The position numbers and the translations under genes were made by a program. A stretch of DNA of 64,000 nucleotides from Ministeria vibrans ATCC 50519 (lineage: Eukaryota > Protista > Filasterea): positions 1-64,000 of the forward strand of contig CALSCP010001493.1 in NCBI GenBank assembly GCA_943704425.1, given 5' to 3'. Below the pieces are notes generated by a model. The model saw nothing but the letters and a program-made list of their open reading frames with translations. It ran no database searches and was not told where the DNA came from. How positions within the stretch are numbered: position 1 is the first letter of the stretch; every line of letters starts with the position of its first letter. Below are positions 51,015 to 64,000 of the stretch, in pieces.

Positions 51015-52582
51015 CATAGTGCCCCTTTCGCACATACCAAGCTGGCATTCAGTGCATTGACTGCGACTCGGCGTGTCTCCACGGTTGTACCGGTCCGTCG
51101 ACGAGCGACTGTCGCAATCCGGCGCTGCTGGATGCCGTCATTGGTGGTGTCAGTGGTGCTGTCCTGCTGCTCATTATCATTGCGGTGGGCACGTACCACT
51201 ATCGGCGGTCGCGTCGCCGCGCACGCATAGCACAGCGCAAGTACGTTGAGCTGCATGACAATGTCGAGCGCTACTGGCTTGTGCCACACGCCGACCTGCA
51301 GTTTGAGAAGAAGCTGGCCCACGGAGCGTTTGGGGAGGTCTGGCGCGCCGACTGGGACGGACGCACTGTTGCCGTCAAGAAGCTCCGCCTGGTATGGTTT
51401 GATAATTATGTCGTTGTTGTTGTTGTTGTTACTGTTGCCTATTAACTTTTGGTTGTAGGCGGTCGTCGAGGGTGATCCATCTGCTTATTCGGACTTTGAG
51501 AAGGAAATTTCTTTCTACAAACAACATTTACGACATCGCAACCTTTGTTCTTTCTTTGGCGCAGGAGTCGATCCGAAAGACAGAGTAAAAAGAAAAACAC
51601 ATGATATTTTCTTCTTCCCTTCTTCTCCCGTTCTCTACCACTCTGTCTTCCTCCTTCTTTCTCTCGCTGACTCTCTCACTTTGATTCTTTCTCCCTCTCT
51701 CCTCTTCCTTTCTCTTTTCTCTCTGTCACTTTGTGTACGTTCTCTTAGGCACCTTTTCTTGTGTTGGAGTACATGGAGCGCGGTTCGCTGCGCTCCCTTC
51801 TCGACGACGATGAGGTACTTTTGCCGTGGGACGTGCGTCTGTCGCTGGCGACCGATGTGGCACGTGGCATGCGCTATCTCCATGAGCAGACACCCCCCAT
51901 TCTCCATCGCGATCTCAAGGCCTCCAATGTCTTTGTGTCATTTCGATGGATTGCCAAAATTGGCGATTTGGGCGAGAGTCGTCTGTACAAGATTCTGCAA
52001 GGCAAGTCGTCGTCAGGTCTGATTGACGACGATGACGACGCCGAGTTTGAAGAAGACGCTGAGTTTGGCTATGGCCGTGCACCCACAACTTCCTCTCCCT
52101 CAACGACACACACAGGGACCCTGGGAGATCAGCGCACAGAGGAGGAGCAGCGTGCAACTACTCTGACAGCACCACTGCTTCCACCACAGTCGACCATCGA
52201 TGCCACTGCGACACTTATTCCCGTCACCAAGCAGCATCCTCATCACCTCCGTCGTGCCGCGCCCCTAACCAACCGGCGCGGCACACTCGGCTGGCAAGCG
52301 CCCGAGGTCTGTCGCTTGGCGCCCTACGGTCTGCCTTCGGACGTGTTCAGCTACGCCATTGTTCTGTGGGAGATTGCCTCGCGTGCCTTGCCTTACGCCG
52401 ACATCAGCGAGAGCGAGGGATGGCGTATTAGCGAAGAGACAGTCCAGGGCGTCCGCCCGCCCATTCCCGACGGCTGTCCGCCCGTTTTTGCCCGTCTCGT
52501 TGTCGCCTGCTGGCATCCCGACCCTGTCCAGAGGCCCCTCTTCCCGGACGTCCTCTCCTCCCTTGAGCAAATCGACCAGTGA
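47535..52582 (+). CDS. LRR receptor-like kinase (signal peptide, LRRNT, many LRRs, Cys-rich/EGF-like modules, TM, TKL kinase)
   Basis: LxxLxLxxN repeats; TM AVIGGVSGAVLLLIIIAVG; LAHGAFGEVW, VAVKKL, HRDLKASN, KIGDLG, RGTLGWQAPE, SDVFSYAIVLWE. Confidence 0.9.
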
Positions 52583-52829
52583 GGTAATAGGGAGAGAGAG
52601 CGTGTGACTGGGGGAATGTGCCTTTTTTTGGTATATGCAAATTATTAGTATAATTATATTGGTCCTTTATTATTCATACGGTTACACATAGAAAGAAGAT
52701 TAAAAAAAAGAAATAAGGTCGGTTAAATAGAAGATGGGAGCAAAAAGCACACAAAAAAAATATCGATTAAATGAGAAGGAGGTGCAGCAGCACACAGACG
52801 CGCTCGAAAAAGACATACAGACATAAGTG

Positions 52830-56745
<3,916 letters not shown>

Positions 56746-56850
56746 TGTGTGGCCTGGGGCAAACAGAAATGTCAAACTGAGACGGAATGCGCTGAAATTC
56801 TGTTCCTGACTGACCGGACGCTGAGTCGATTCAAGATTCAATATTCAAAA

Positions 56851-57328
56851 GTATGACAGAAGGTGGACAGAAGTCTCTCGCACAGCGCCATGGGGCCTTG
56901 TAGGGATCCTCGGAACTGAGGATCGGCGTATGGTTGAGTCCGATGTTGCTGAATGGTGCGAAAGGAGCATGGAACACGGGGGGAGGGGGGTTGCGATCGA
57001 CCAATCGCAAGATCCGAATATTTTGACAATCTCATCGGATGGCTTACAACATGACGTACACACTGGCTGAGTAGTCTGGCGACTGCTCCCTGCGAGCTCT
57101 GCTCACTTCCATTCTGCTGGGTGGTGGGTTATCGGGGTTATGGGCATGGACGGGAAAGGGGCTGCAGAGAGCCGACAGTACGGTGCTGCGGTCGGGTGAG
57201 AAATTGTGACAGTTGACGCTAATCACGGGTGTCGATGGGCTTCTTTCGGGACATTCACCATTCTCGTCTAGAGGGCTACTGTCATAACTGTCTACGCCTC
57301 TACGGTGGAAGTTCTGTGCTGCTCTTTT
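56851..57328 (+). ncRNA. Unclassified structured RNA candidate A
   Basis: Several 6-10-bp stems with G-U pairs favouring the + strand, a long-range rod, a terminal TTTT and no credible ORF. Confidence 0.35.
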
Positions 57329-57405
57329 CATTGAGTTCGCTTATTTTTATATAAGGAAACTAAATAGAGAATCGAGAGACGATATATATAAGAGAGGAAG
57401 TTCAA

Positions 57406-57682
57406 CAGACGGCAGACAGTTCAACACACCACACTGTCAACCCACTAACCCAGATGCGGACGACCCTGCAGCATCGTCGTCTGAACTACAGCCACAACAA
57501 CGAGCGCACCAGTCGGGATCGCTCCCCACCGACTGATCGTTCTTATATCCGCCACCGAGTTTTACTCGTTAGACAGCTGTTACAGCTTGTCAGAGCCCTA
57601 GACCCCCACTGTCCACTGGTGACTGGGGGTATGGCGTGCCATTGCGATAACCTCGCTGGATAGCGATTGCACTTGTGCTTTT
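57406..57682 (+). ncRNA. Unclassified structured RNA candidate B downstream of a TATA box
   Basis: TATATATAA at 57383-57391, serial hairpins, possible H-type pseudoknot, T4 tracts at 57560 and 57679. Confidence 0.35.
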
Positions 57683-57754
57683 GTTGTAGATCTGGGGACT
57701 GTATCATGAATAAATGGGTTGTATTTTCTTCTTCTAATTATTATTGATTCTCAG

Positions 57755-59247
57755 ATGGATGACAATCAATGCGCGACATCCATGGACGACTCTGTTGTTG
57801 CCGAGGTGACCACGGTGGAAACAACGGAGGGCCGTGTCGATTCTGGATCAGTCAACGACGATCCAAATGATCAGGCGCACGCCGACGAAGAGGACGCTGA
57901 ATGCGGCGAGTCCGTTGACGGCAGCGATGGCCACGACAGCAGCAACGACCACTCGGGCGACGCGGCGGCGACAGCGAAGGCGGCGGGGCCGTCACGCGCA
58001 CCCGAAGAGATGCTGTCGCGACGACAAGCACGCCGAGAGCGACGGTGCGCCTCCTGCAGCCCCTGGCGCCCGCTGGAGGGCCCCGCTGACGTCTTCTTTC
58101 TGCGTAGGGATAAGGCTCGCGAAGAGTGGCGTGCGCGTCGCAAGGAAAAATCGAAAGAGAAGCGCAAAGATTCGCGAAAGCGAAAGGTTATTTGACCTTC
58201 TTCTTGTTTTTTTGGTCGTGTTGATGATTGTGATGTTCTGTAGGCAAGCGCAGTGGAGGATGAGGAGGAGGAAGGGCGTGCCATTAGCAAACGCGTGCGT
58301 TCTGAACGCAAGCCGCAAGTGGGCATGATCTGCATTGATCTTGATTTTGACGAGTACCAGTTGGAAAAGGTACGCCAGACACATATTGTCGCTGACGATG
58401 GCAATGCGATGATGATTCACAATAAGCATTTTTCACAATGGCTGTTGTGTAGGAGGATATTCGATTGGTGAAACAGGTTGAGCGGTGCTATGCGGCGAAC
58501 CGACGGGTGGACCAGCCGATGGGGCTGACAGTGACGTCGATGGGCGGACGCATTGGTCAGGTGCTCAAGGAGAAGGCGTCGTGGGACCGCTGGAAGGACG
58601 TCCAGTTTGCGGATGAGCCGCTTTTGGAGAAATTTGATCCGTCGAAAGTTGTGTATTTGACCTCGGAATCATCGCACGAGCTGACGACACTCGACCCGGA
58701 GACCGTGTATGTGATTGGGGGTATCATCGACCACAACAGCCACAAGGGGCTGACATTGCAGCGAGCGCAGGCGGCGCACGTGCGCACCGCCCGTTTGCCT
58801 ATTGGACGGTATGTGCACCTGGCATCGCGCAAGGTCCTCGCTGTCAACCATGTGTGCGAGATCCTGCTTGAGTTTACGGCGCACGCTGACTGGAAGACAG
58901 CCTTTTACAATGTGATTCCGCAGCGCAAAGGAATTGGTGAGAAGGAGGTCGGAACGAAGGGAAAGGGAAAGGGAAAGGGAAAGAGCCAGGAGACGGGAGA
59001 GGGAAAGAGCCAGGAGACGGGAGAGGGAAAGAGCCAGGAGACGGGGGAGGGAAAGAGTGAGGAGACGGGGGAGGGAAAAAGTGAGGAGACGGGAGAGGGA
59101 AAGAGTGAGGAGACGGGAGAGGAAAAGAGCCAGGAGGCGGGAGAGGAAAAGAGCGAGGAGACGGGAGAGGGAGACGCAGCGCAGAAAGAGGAGGAGTCTG
59201 CAGGGGTGCAGGAGGAAGGCGAAGAGCATCAAGAGGACCAGCACTGA
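57755..59247 (+). CDS. TRMT10A: tRNA m1G9 methyltransferase Trm10
   Basis: ICIDLDFD, RCYAANRR, VVYLTSES, VYVIGGIIDHN, TARLPIG, KVLAVNHV, DWKTAFYNVIPQRK. Confidence 0.93.
58977..59172 (+). repeat. Coding 24-bp tandem repeat (GKS(Q/E)ETGE), about 8 copies
   Basis: Direct reading of the sequence. Confidence 0.9.
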
Positions 59248-59329
59248 CTTGCGTTTTTGTCAATGGTTATGTAAATGTATTATTTTGTTTGGTTTCCTCT
59301 CTCTCTCCCTCTCTCTCTCTTTGGAAAAT

Positions 59330-60230
59330 CTACTTTTTTGATGACCTAGTGGCCCTTCTTGCGTGAGGCGAGCGCACTGGGACTGAAGGGGCCTTGGAGG
59401 TCCGAGTGACTCGGGCTGCGCTGACTTGTCTGCGCGTCAGCCGTTGCGAAGTGCCTGCCGTCTCTGCTGTCGTCTCAGTCTCCATCTCTTCGCGACCTCG
59501 TTTCTTTGATTCTTTCCTCACTGCTGTCTTTGCTTGCTTCGATGTTGATGATCGTGGTGGTGCGGCTGCTGTCTTGCCCTTATGCTGCGGTCTTTTCCCA
59601 GACGCCTTCTTGGCTGCTGGCACTTCGTCCTCGACTTCGTCTTCGTCGTCCTCGCCTTCATCGTCGTTGTCGTCTTCTGCCTCTCCGTAGCCCATCTCCT
59701 TCCGTATCTCTTTGTCCACCTTTCCCTCGCCCGCCAATGGCTTCAGGAGCTGCACGTAGAAGCGAAAGTGGTACGAGTTGCACTTGAGCGGCGCTGCCAT
59801 CTTGGTGCTCTGTCCTTGCCACTTCTTTGCTGACGGCCATGGAAGCATTCCTAAACACAATAGAGAGACGCAGTGTGCATGTGTGTGCGTGTGTGGGTGG
59901 ATGAGAGAGCGAGCCAGACACAGAGAGCGACTGCGTACGAGGGAAAATGGCAAAGTCTTGAGTTCGAACGGCTCCCTGTCGACAGTTCTCCTCCACCATC
60001 TGAAATATCGTCTCCTGTGGTCCACAAAAGAAAGAACATCTGCCAGTCAGACGTGTACACAGCAAAGACACAGTGAAACAGAGTTCCAAAACACGTCTTT
60101 GAAACTCTCGCGCGCAAAATTTCAAAAAAAAAAAAAATTGACAGATGCGAAAAAAATGCCAAACCTTAAGCTGTTTCTGTAGTGCGCCCGACTCGTCGAC
60201 ACGCTGGCCACTGGAAGTAACCATTGACCT
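59330..60230 (-). CDS. 3' exons of an unidentified protein with acidic/basic tail; 5' part missing at poly-A 60254-60294
   Basis: A possible splicing gives ...SGALQKQLK|ETIFQMVEENCRQGAVRTQDFAIFP|RMLPWPSAKKW...YHFRFYVQLLKPL...RRATRSSKK*. Confidence 0.45.
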
Positions 60231-60253
60231 TGAGGGAGAGAGAGCAGAGCAGG

Positions 60254-60286
<33 letters not shown>

Positions 60287-60332
60287 AAAAAAAAGAATAT
60301 CACTCGCACGGGCGTTGTAAGGCAGCGGGGAC

Positions 60333-63300
60333 ATGTCGCTCCCGACACACAGTGTCACTGGGCTTGCACCTGTGGTCGATACACGCGCTGCGGGGGTCTC
60401 CAAAGCCGTTTCGTCGCAGGATTTTCAAAGTGTTTCTGAAACGTCTCGCCCCAAAGACCTCTGGAGACGTCGTGGTAGCCGCGAGCGCCTCATTCGCATG
60501 CGTGTCGATGGGCCGGAGAACCGTGGCGCGGGCGACGGCCCCAGCGAAGGCGGCGCAAGCGAGCACGACCATCACGAGCTCGACAGCATTCGCGAGCGTC
60601 TCATTGCCGACGCTGATGCGCGTGTTGCGCACGACAAGGTGCGTCGTCTCCGGCGCAAGTCCCTTCAGCAGCAGGCAAAGCACAATGTTGCGCCTGCCGC
60701 TCCCGTCGCCACCGCCGCTGACGTCGTGGCGCCGCTCAAACCGCAAACCTCTACACTGTCTGTGCCCCGTCGAGCTGCCAGCGACGCAGCTGATTCCCGT
60801 CGGGCTGCCAGCGACGCAGCTGATTCTTCTGGTGCCGCCTCGAACGTTGTTGCATCCGCATCAGGGTTGTCGCTGACTCACCAGAGCGGTCGCTCTGCTG
60901 TTTCCAACGCCAACATTGGTGTCATAGACGACGACTCGTTCGACGACCATCTTCATCGCTCCCTCAGTCGTCGCCGCTCCTCCGAGTCCGTCGCCACTCA
61001 CCAGGCTCTCGTGACCAAGGTCGCGCGCGCTCACGCACTCAATACAGGCGTCAGCTCGGGTAAGCTTGCGTCAAAAGAACGGCACAGCTCGGCAACGCCC
61101 TCAAGACGCTCCGCCGCCTTCGACACCCTTGTTCACGACTTTGCCCCCATCGAAAGCTTTTTCCCCGTCTCCTGCGCCGTCTGCAGCAAATTCATGACAC
61201 GCATGTCGAAGAGCTCCTGCCTCAAGTGTCGCGGTTGCTCCATTGCCATCCACGAGCGTTGCCTCCCCTTTGCACCTCCCAAGTGTCTTTACAGCCCCAG
61301 TCCATCTCCTCACTCCTCGACATTGTCACTGGCCTCCTCCGGTCACACGCGCGATTTCACCGCCAGTACGAGTGGCACAACAGCGGCTTCTGCAGCATCA
61401 CCTACCGCCACCGCTGCCGACCCGTCCACCCTGTCGTCTCCGCCCTCTTCGTCGTCGGGCAGTGGCAGCGGCGTCTTCCGTCTCTTTCGTCGGCAACAGG
61501 GCCAGTCCAGCGACATGTCAAGCGCAAGCTCGTCCAACCTTCTCAGCTCGCCACCCTCATCACCTGCCGCCCTCGTGTCCTCGTCCGGCCCAACGATGCT
61601 GCCATCGCGCTCGGCTCAGCGTCTCAAGCGCGACTACATGGCCGAGACTCTCTCCGGCCAGGCAGCCGGCGACAAACCTCGTCGTAGGTCTCCCCCAGCG
61701 CGCGTCACTCGTGGCTCGCTCGTCTTCATTCGTGACCGCTTCGAACGCGAGCAGCGTAAGCCCGGTCTGAGCGCCAACATCTACAAGCAGTCGCTCGACA
61801 TGTACTGCGAGTGGCTCACCGACACGGCCGAACGTCTTATGAAGGACGACGGACTGCCCGTCAACGAGTTTGAGACCGTCTTCACCTTTATGCTGCGCGG
61901 CTTTGTCACCAGTCGTGTTGACTCGCACGCCTCGCCCGTTGACAGGTGCATCAAAATGTTCCGCAAGGTTCTCTTCGACTACACCTACTACCAGACCATG
62001 AAGCTCGACGTGCTCCGCCTGTCGCCCGTCGAACTCGCAAACGAACTCACCGTCATCGACTCGCAACTTTTCAATGTCATTCGCGCCGACGAGCTCCACG
62101 ATCAGGCATGGATGCACAAGGACAAGCGAGAGCGTGCGCCCAACGTCGTCGCCTTCATCGAGCGCTTCAACGACGTCACTCTCTTTGTCATGACCGCCGT
62201 TCTAGAGGCATCTCGCCCGAAGCAACGCGCTCAGGTCATTGCGCACTTCATCAAGACGGCCGCCATGTGTCGTCGTCTCAACAACTACAACGGTCTCAAG
62301 GCTCTTATTGCCGGTCTTCAGTCCGCTGCCATTTTTCGTCTCAGCAAGTCGTGGGCACACCTCTCCTCGCGCGTCCGAGCCGTCTTTGACGACCTCTGCG
62401 CGATCATGAGTGAACAAGACAACTGGGCGGCCATGCGTGCAGCCATGGACAGCCTCCTCGACGGTAGCAGTGGTGGCACAGATGGCACATCCGTAGGGGT
62501 TGGATCGAATAGTGCTGTTGCGCTCGCTGGCATTGGTGGTGGTGGTGGTAGTGGTGGTGATGGTAGCGGCTATGGTGGTGGCAACGGCGCGGGCACTGGC
62601 TCTGGAGGTTGTTCTGGCGATGGTGTGTGTGCTGTGCCCTTTCTGGGTGTCTACCTCACCGATTTGGTCATGCTTTCGAGCCAAGTGCCGGGCGGCGACA
62701 AGTCCGCGAACCGTGTGAGCTCGAGCGGAAAGAGCACGGCGTCGCGTGAGACTGCCATCATCGAGCGTATCCTTCGCTTTCAGCAGCCCTACTCGAAGTT
62801 GCAGCCGGTGTTTGCCCTGCACTCGTGGCTCGAGAAACTCATCCACGACTCCGAAGACGTCTGCTATCGCAAGTCGCTCTATGTCGAGCCCAAGGCGACT
62901 GCCTCGAGTGCAAACCGTTCCAGCGCCTCGGGTGCCGAAGCCGTCTCGCTCGTGGACAGTGCGCGTCTTGTTGACGCCACGCTACCCGTGCTCATGCAAC
63001 AACGTGCGGCGTACCTGGTGCGCGTGCAGGAGGTCGAGAAGGAGGTACAGACATTGTTTGACTTGCGACTCGATCCTGAAGGAATTCGCGTGCGCACCGA
63101 CGAAATGTGGAATCTGCGGCGACACCTGACCGACATCAAGATGTACGTGGCACATCGCATTCGCGAGGCCGAAGAGGCGGAGCGACTCGAGTCGGAATGG
63201 CGTGCGTCCGGTGGCAAACAGCACCATTTGCTGGTCATGTCGGGTACACCGACGGTCGTTGTGGGTGCGTCGTCGCGAAGCGGTGGCAAACGCTCATCTG

Positions 63301-64000
63301 AAAGCGGCGCAACTGGCGGCGCCAGTGGATCATCCGGCGCATTATCGGCTGTCGAGAGTGCTCTGAGTGGCGTTGTGCGACGAACATCGGGACACACGTC
63401 GACCAATGCGCCGTCGCCGACCTTCAACTCGCCCGAGCGAGAGAAGCGACTGTTTCCTCGCATGAACATTACCAAGAAGGAGAAAGGCGACAAGAGTGCC
63501 AAGAAGCAGAAGAAGAAGAGGGCAAAAGAGGAGGAGAAGGCAGCTGCAGCTGCATCCAAGGCGGCGTCGCTCAAGTCGCCGTCCAGGACATCCGAGACAA
63601 GTACCGCCTCCTCCTCGTTGGGCAGCGCTAAGGGTCTCCTGGCCAAGGCACGTGGTCGGCGCGGCTCAGGACTCGTCTACCAGAAGCCTGGCTTGCTGAC
63701 GAGCACCGTGGGCATCCGTCGCAACAGTACCGACAGCAATGAGAGTGATGTGATTTCGTTGGCCAGCTCCTCTGTGGCCACACTGGATCGTCTTGAAGGG
63801 GTCGAAAAGAGCGGATCAACGACAGCCATGACAGTAGCGACTACGGCTCCTAGTCGAAGTAGTAGTGGTGGTGGTGGCGGCGGCGGCGACGGCGAAGGCG
63901 AAGACGACGACAACAACAACGACAAAGCGTTGTCGTCGGACGAGGATTTGCCGCCACGACGTCGTGATCTCAAGGGCGTCGTGCGACCGCTGTCGGAGGA
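60333..64000 (+). CDS. C1-domain + CDC25/RasGEF protein, open to the right edge (absent from the ORF track because it has no stop)
   Basis: Same frame from ATG 60333: C1 HDFAPIESFFPVSCAVCSKFM...CLKCRGCSIAIHERC...C (from ~61131) and RasGEF LSPVELANELTVIDSQLF...APNVVAFIERFN...CRRLNNYNGLKALIAGLQSAAIFRLSKSW...VPFLGVYLTDL. Confidence 0.9.
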   Translation, partial: MSLPTHSVTGLAPVVDTRAAGVSKAVSSQDFQSVSETSRPKDLWRRRGSRERLIRMRVDGPENRGAGDGPSEGGASEHDHHELDSIRERLIADADARVAHDKVRRLRRKSLQQQAKHNVAPAAPVATAADVVAPLKPQTSTLSVPRRAASDAADSRRAASDAADSSGAASNVVASASGLSLTHQSGRSAVSNANIGVIDDDSFDDHLHRSLSRRRSSESVATHQALVTKVARAHALNTGVSSGKLASKERHSSATPSRRSAAFDTLVHDFAPIESFFPVSCAVCSKFMTRMSKSSCLKCRGCSIAIHERCLPFAPPKCLYSPSPSPHSSTLSLASSGHTRDFTASTSGTTAASAASPTATAADPSTLSSPPSSSSGSGSGVFRLFRRQQGQSSDMSSASSSNLLSSPPSSPAALVSSSGPTMLPSRSAQRLKRDYMAETLSGQAAGDKPRRRSPPARVTRGSLVFIRDRFEREQRKPGLSANIYKQSLDMYCEWLTDTAERLMKDDGLPVNEFETVFTFMLRGFVTSRVDSHASPVDRCIKMFRKVLFDYTYYQTMKLDVLRLSPVELANELTVIDSQLFNVIRADELHDQAWMHKDKRERAPNVVAFIERFNDVTLFVMTAVLEASRPKQRAQVIAHFIKTAAMCRRLNNYNGLKALIAGLQSAAIFRLSKSWAHLSSRVRAVFDDLCAIMSEQDNWAAMRAAMDSLLDGSSGGTDGTSVGVGSNSAVALAGIGGGGGSGGDGSGYGGGNGAGTGSGGCSGDGVCAVPFLGVYLTDLVMLSSQVPGGDKSANRVSSSGKSTASRETAIIERILRFQQPYSKLQPVFALHSWLEKLIHDSEDVCYRKSLYVEPKATASSANRSSASGAEAVSLVDSARLVDATLPVLMQQRAAYLVRVQEVEKEVQTLFDLRLDPEGIRVRTDEMWNLRRHLTDIKMYVAHRIREAEEAERLESEWRASGGKQHHLLVMSGTPTVVVGASSRSGGKRSSESGATGGASGSSGALSAVESALSGVVRRTSGHTSTNAPSPTFNSPEREKRLFPRMNITKKEKGDKSAKKQKKKRAKEEEKAAAAASKAASLKSPSRTSETSTASSSLGSAKGLLAKARGRRGSGLVYQKPGLLTSTVGIRRNSTDSNESDVISLASSSVATLDRLEGVEKSGSTTAMTVATTAPSRSSSGGGGGGGDGEGEDDDNNNDKALSSDEDLPPRRRDLKGVVRPLSE

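Noticed and set aside
57064-57080. RNase P CR-V-like CAGACTACTC on the - strand
   Set aside because: No matching CR-I (GGAAxGUCUG) upstream on that strand.
56950-57328. SRP RNA
   Set aside because: The rod-like pairing is suggestive, but the helix-8 CAGG-GNRA-AGCAG motif and a two-helix Alu domain are not properly formed.

Overview
Gene-dense eukaryotic DNA, most likely from a flagellated protist. Exons are GC-rich, GT-AG introns are short and packed with microsatellites, intergenic gaps are short and AT-rich, and the standard genetic code fits. I can support about 25 protein genes or fragments: M1 aminopeptidase (5' part), UTP14, an EF-hand fragment, a LIM + NifS/SCLY-like fusion, CYSTM, AAAS, B4GALNT3/4-like, a RAP/FASTK-like protein, ECT2L-like, trefoil+DUF5054, RRS1, USP48, uridine phosphorylase, NASP, Abi exon 1, CEP152-like, an SGNH-fold protein, SCCPDH, SNAPC5-like, an LRR receptor kinase, an HA-repeat protein, CCDC47, the GOT2 3' half, TRMT10 and a C1-RasGEF. 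Several genes break exactly at homopolymers, microsatellites or N-gaps. Two genes (NASP, HA-repeat) have foreign, doubly truncated blocks inside intron 1, which points to scaffold mis-joins. The best leads are: (i) a LIM protein carrying a PLP-dead cysteine-desulfurase/selenocysteine-lyase domain; (ii) two hairpin-rich ncRNA candidates at 56.85-57.7 kb, one with TATA, template-like and pseudoknot features; (iii) a ~38-bp intron-resident repeat family; (iv) animal-type genes (SNAPC5, B4GALNT3/4, CEP152, ECT2L) in an apparent protist. All family calls are by eye from remembered motifs; no database search was run, and splice coordinates are manual.
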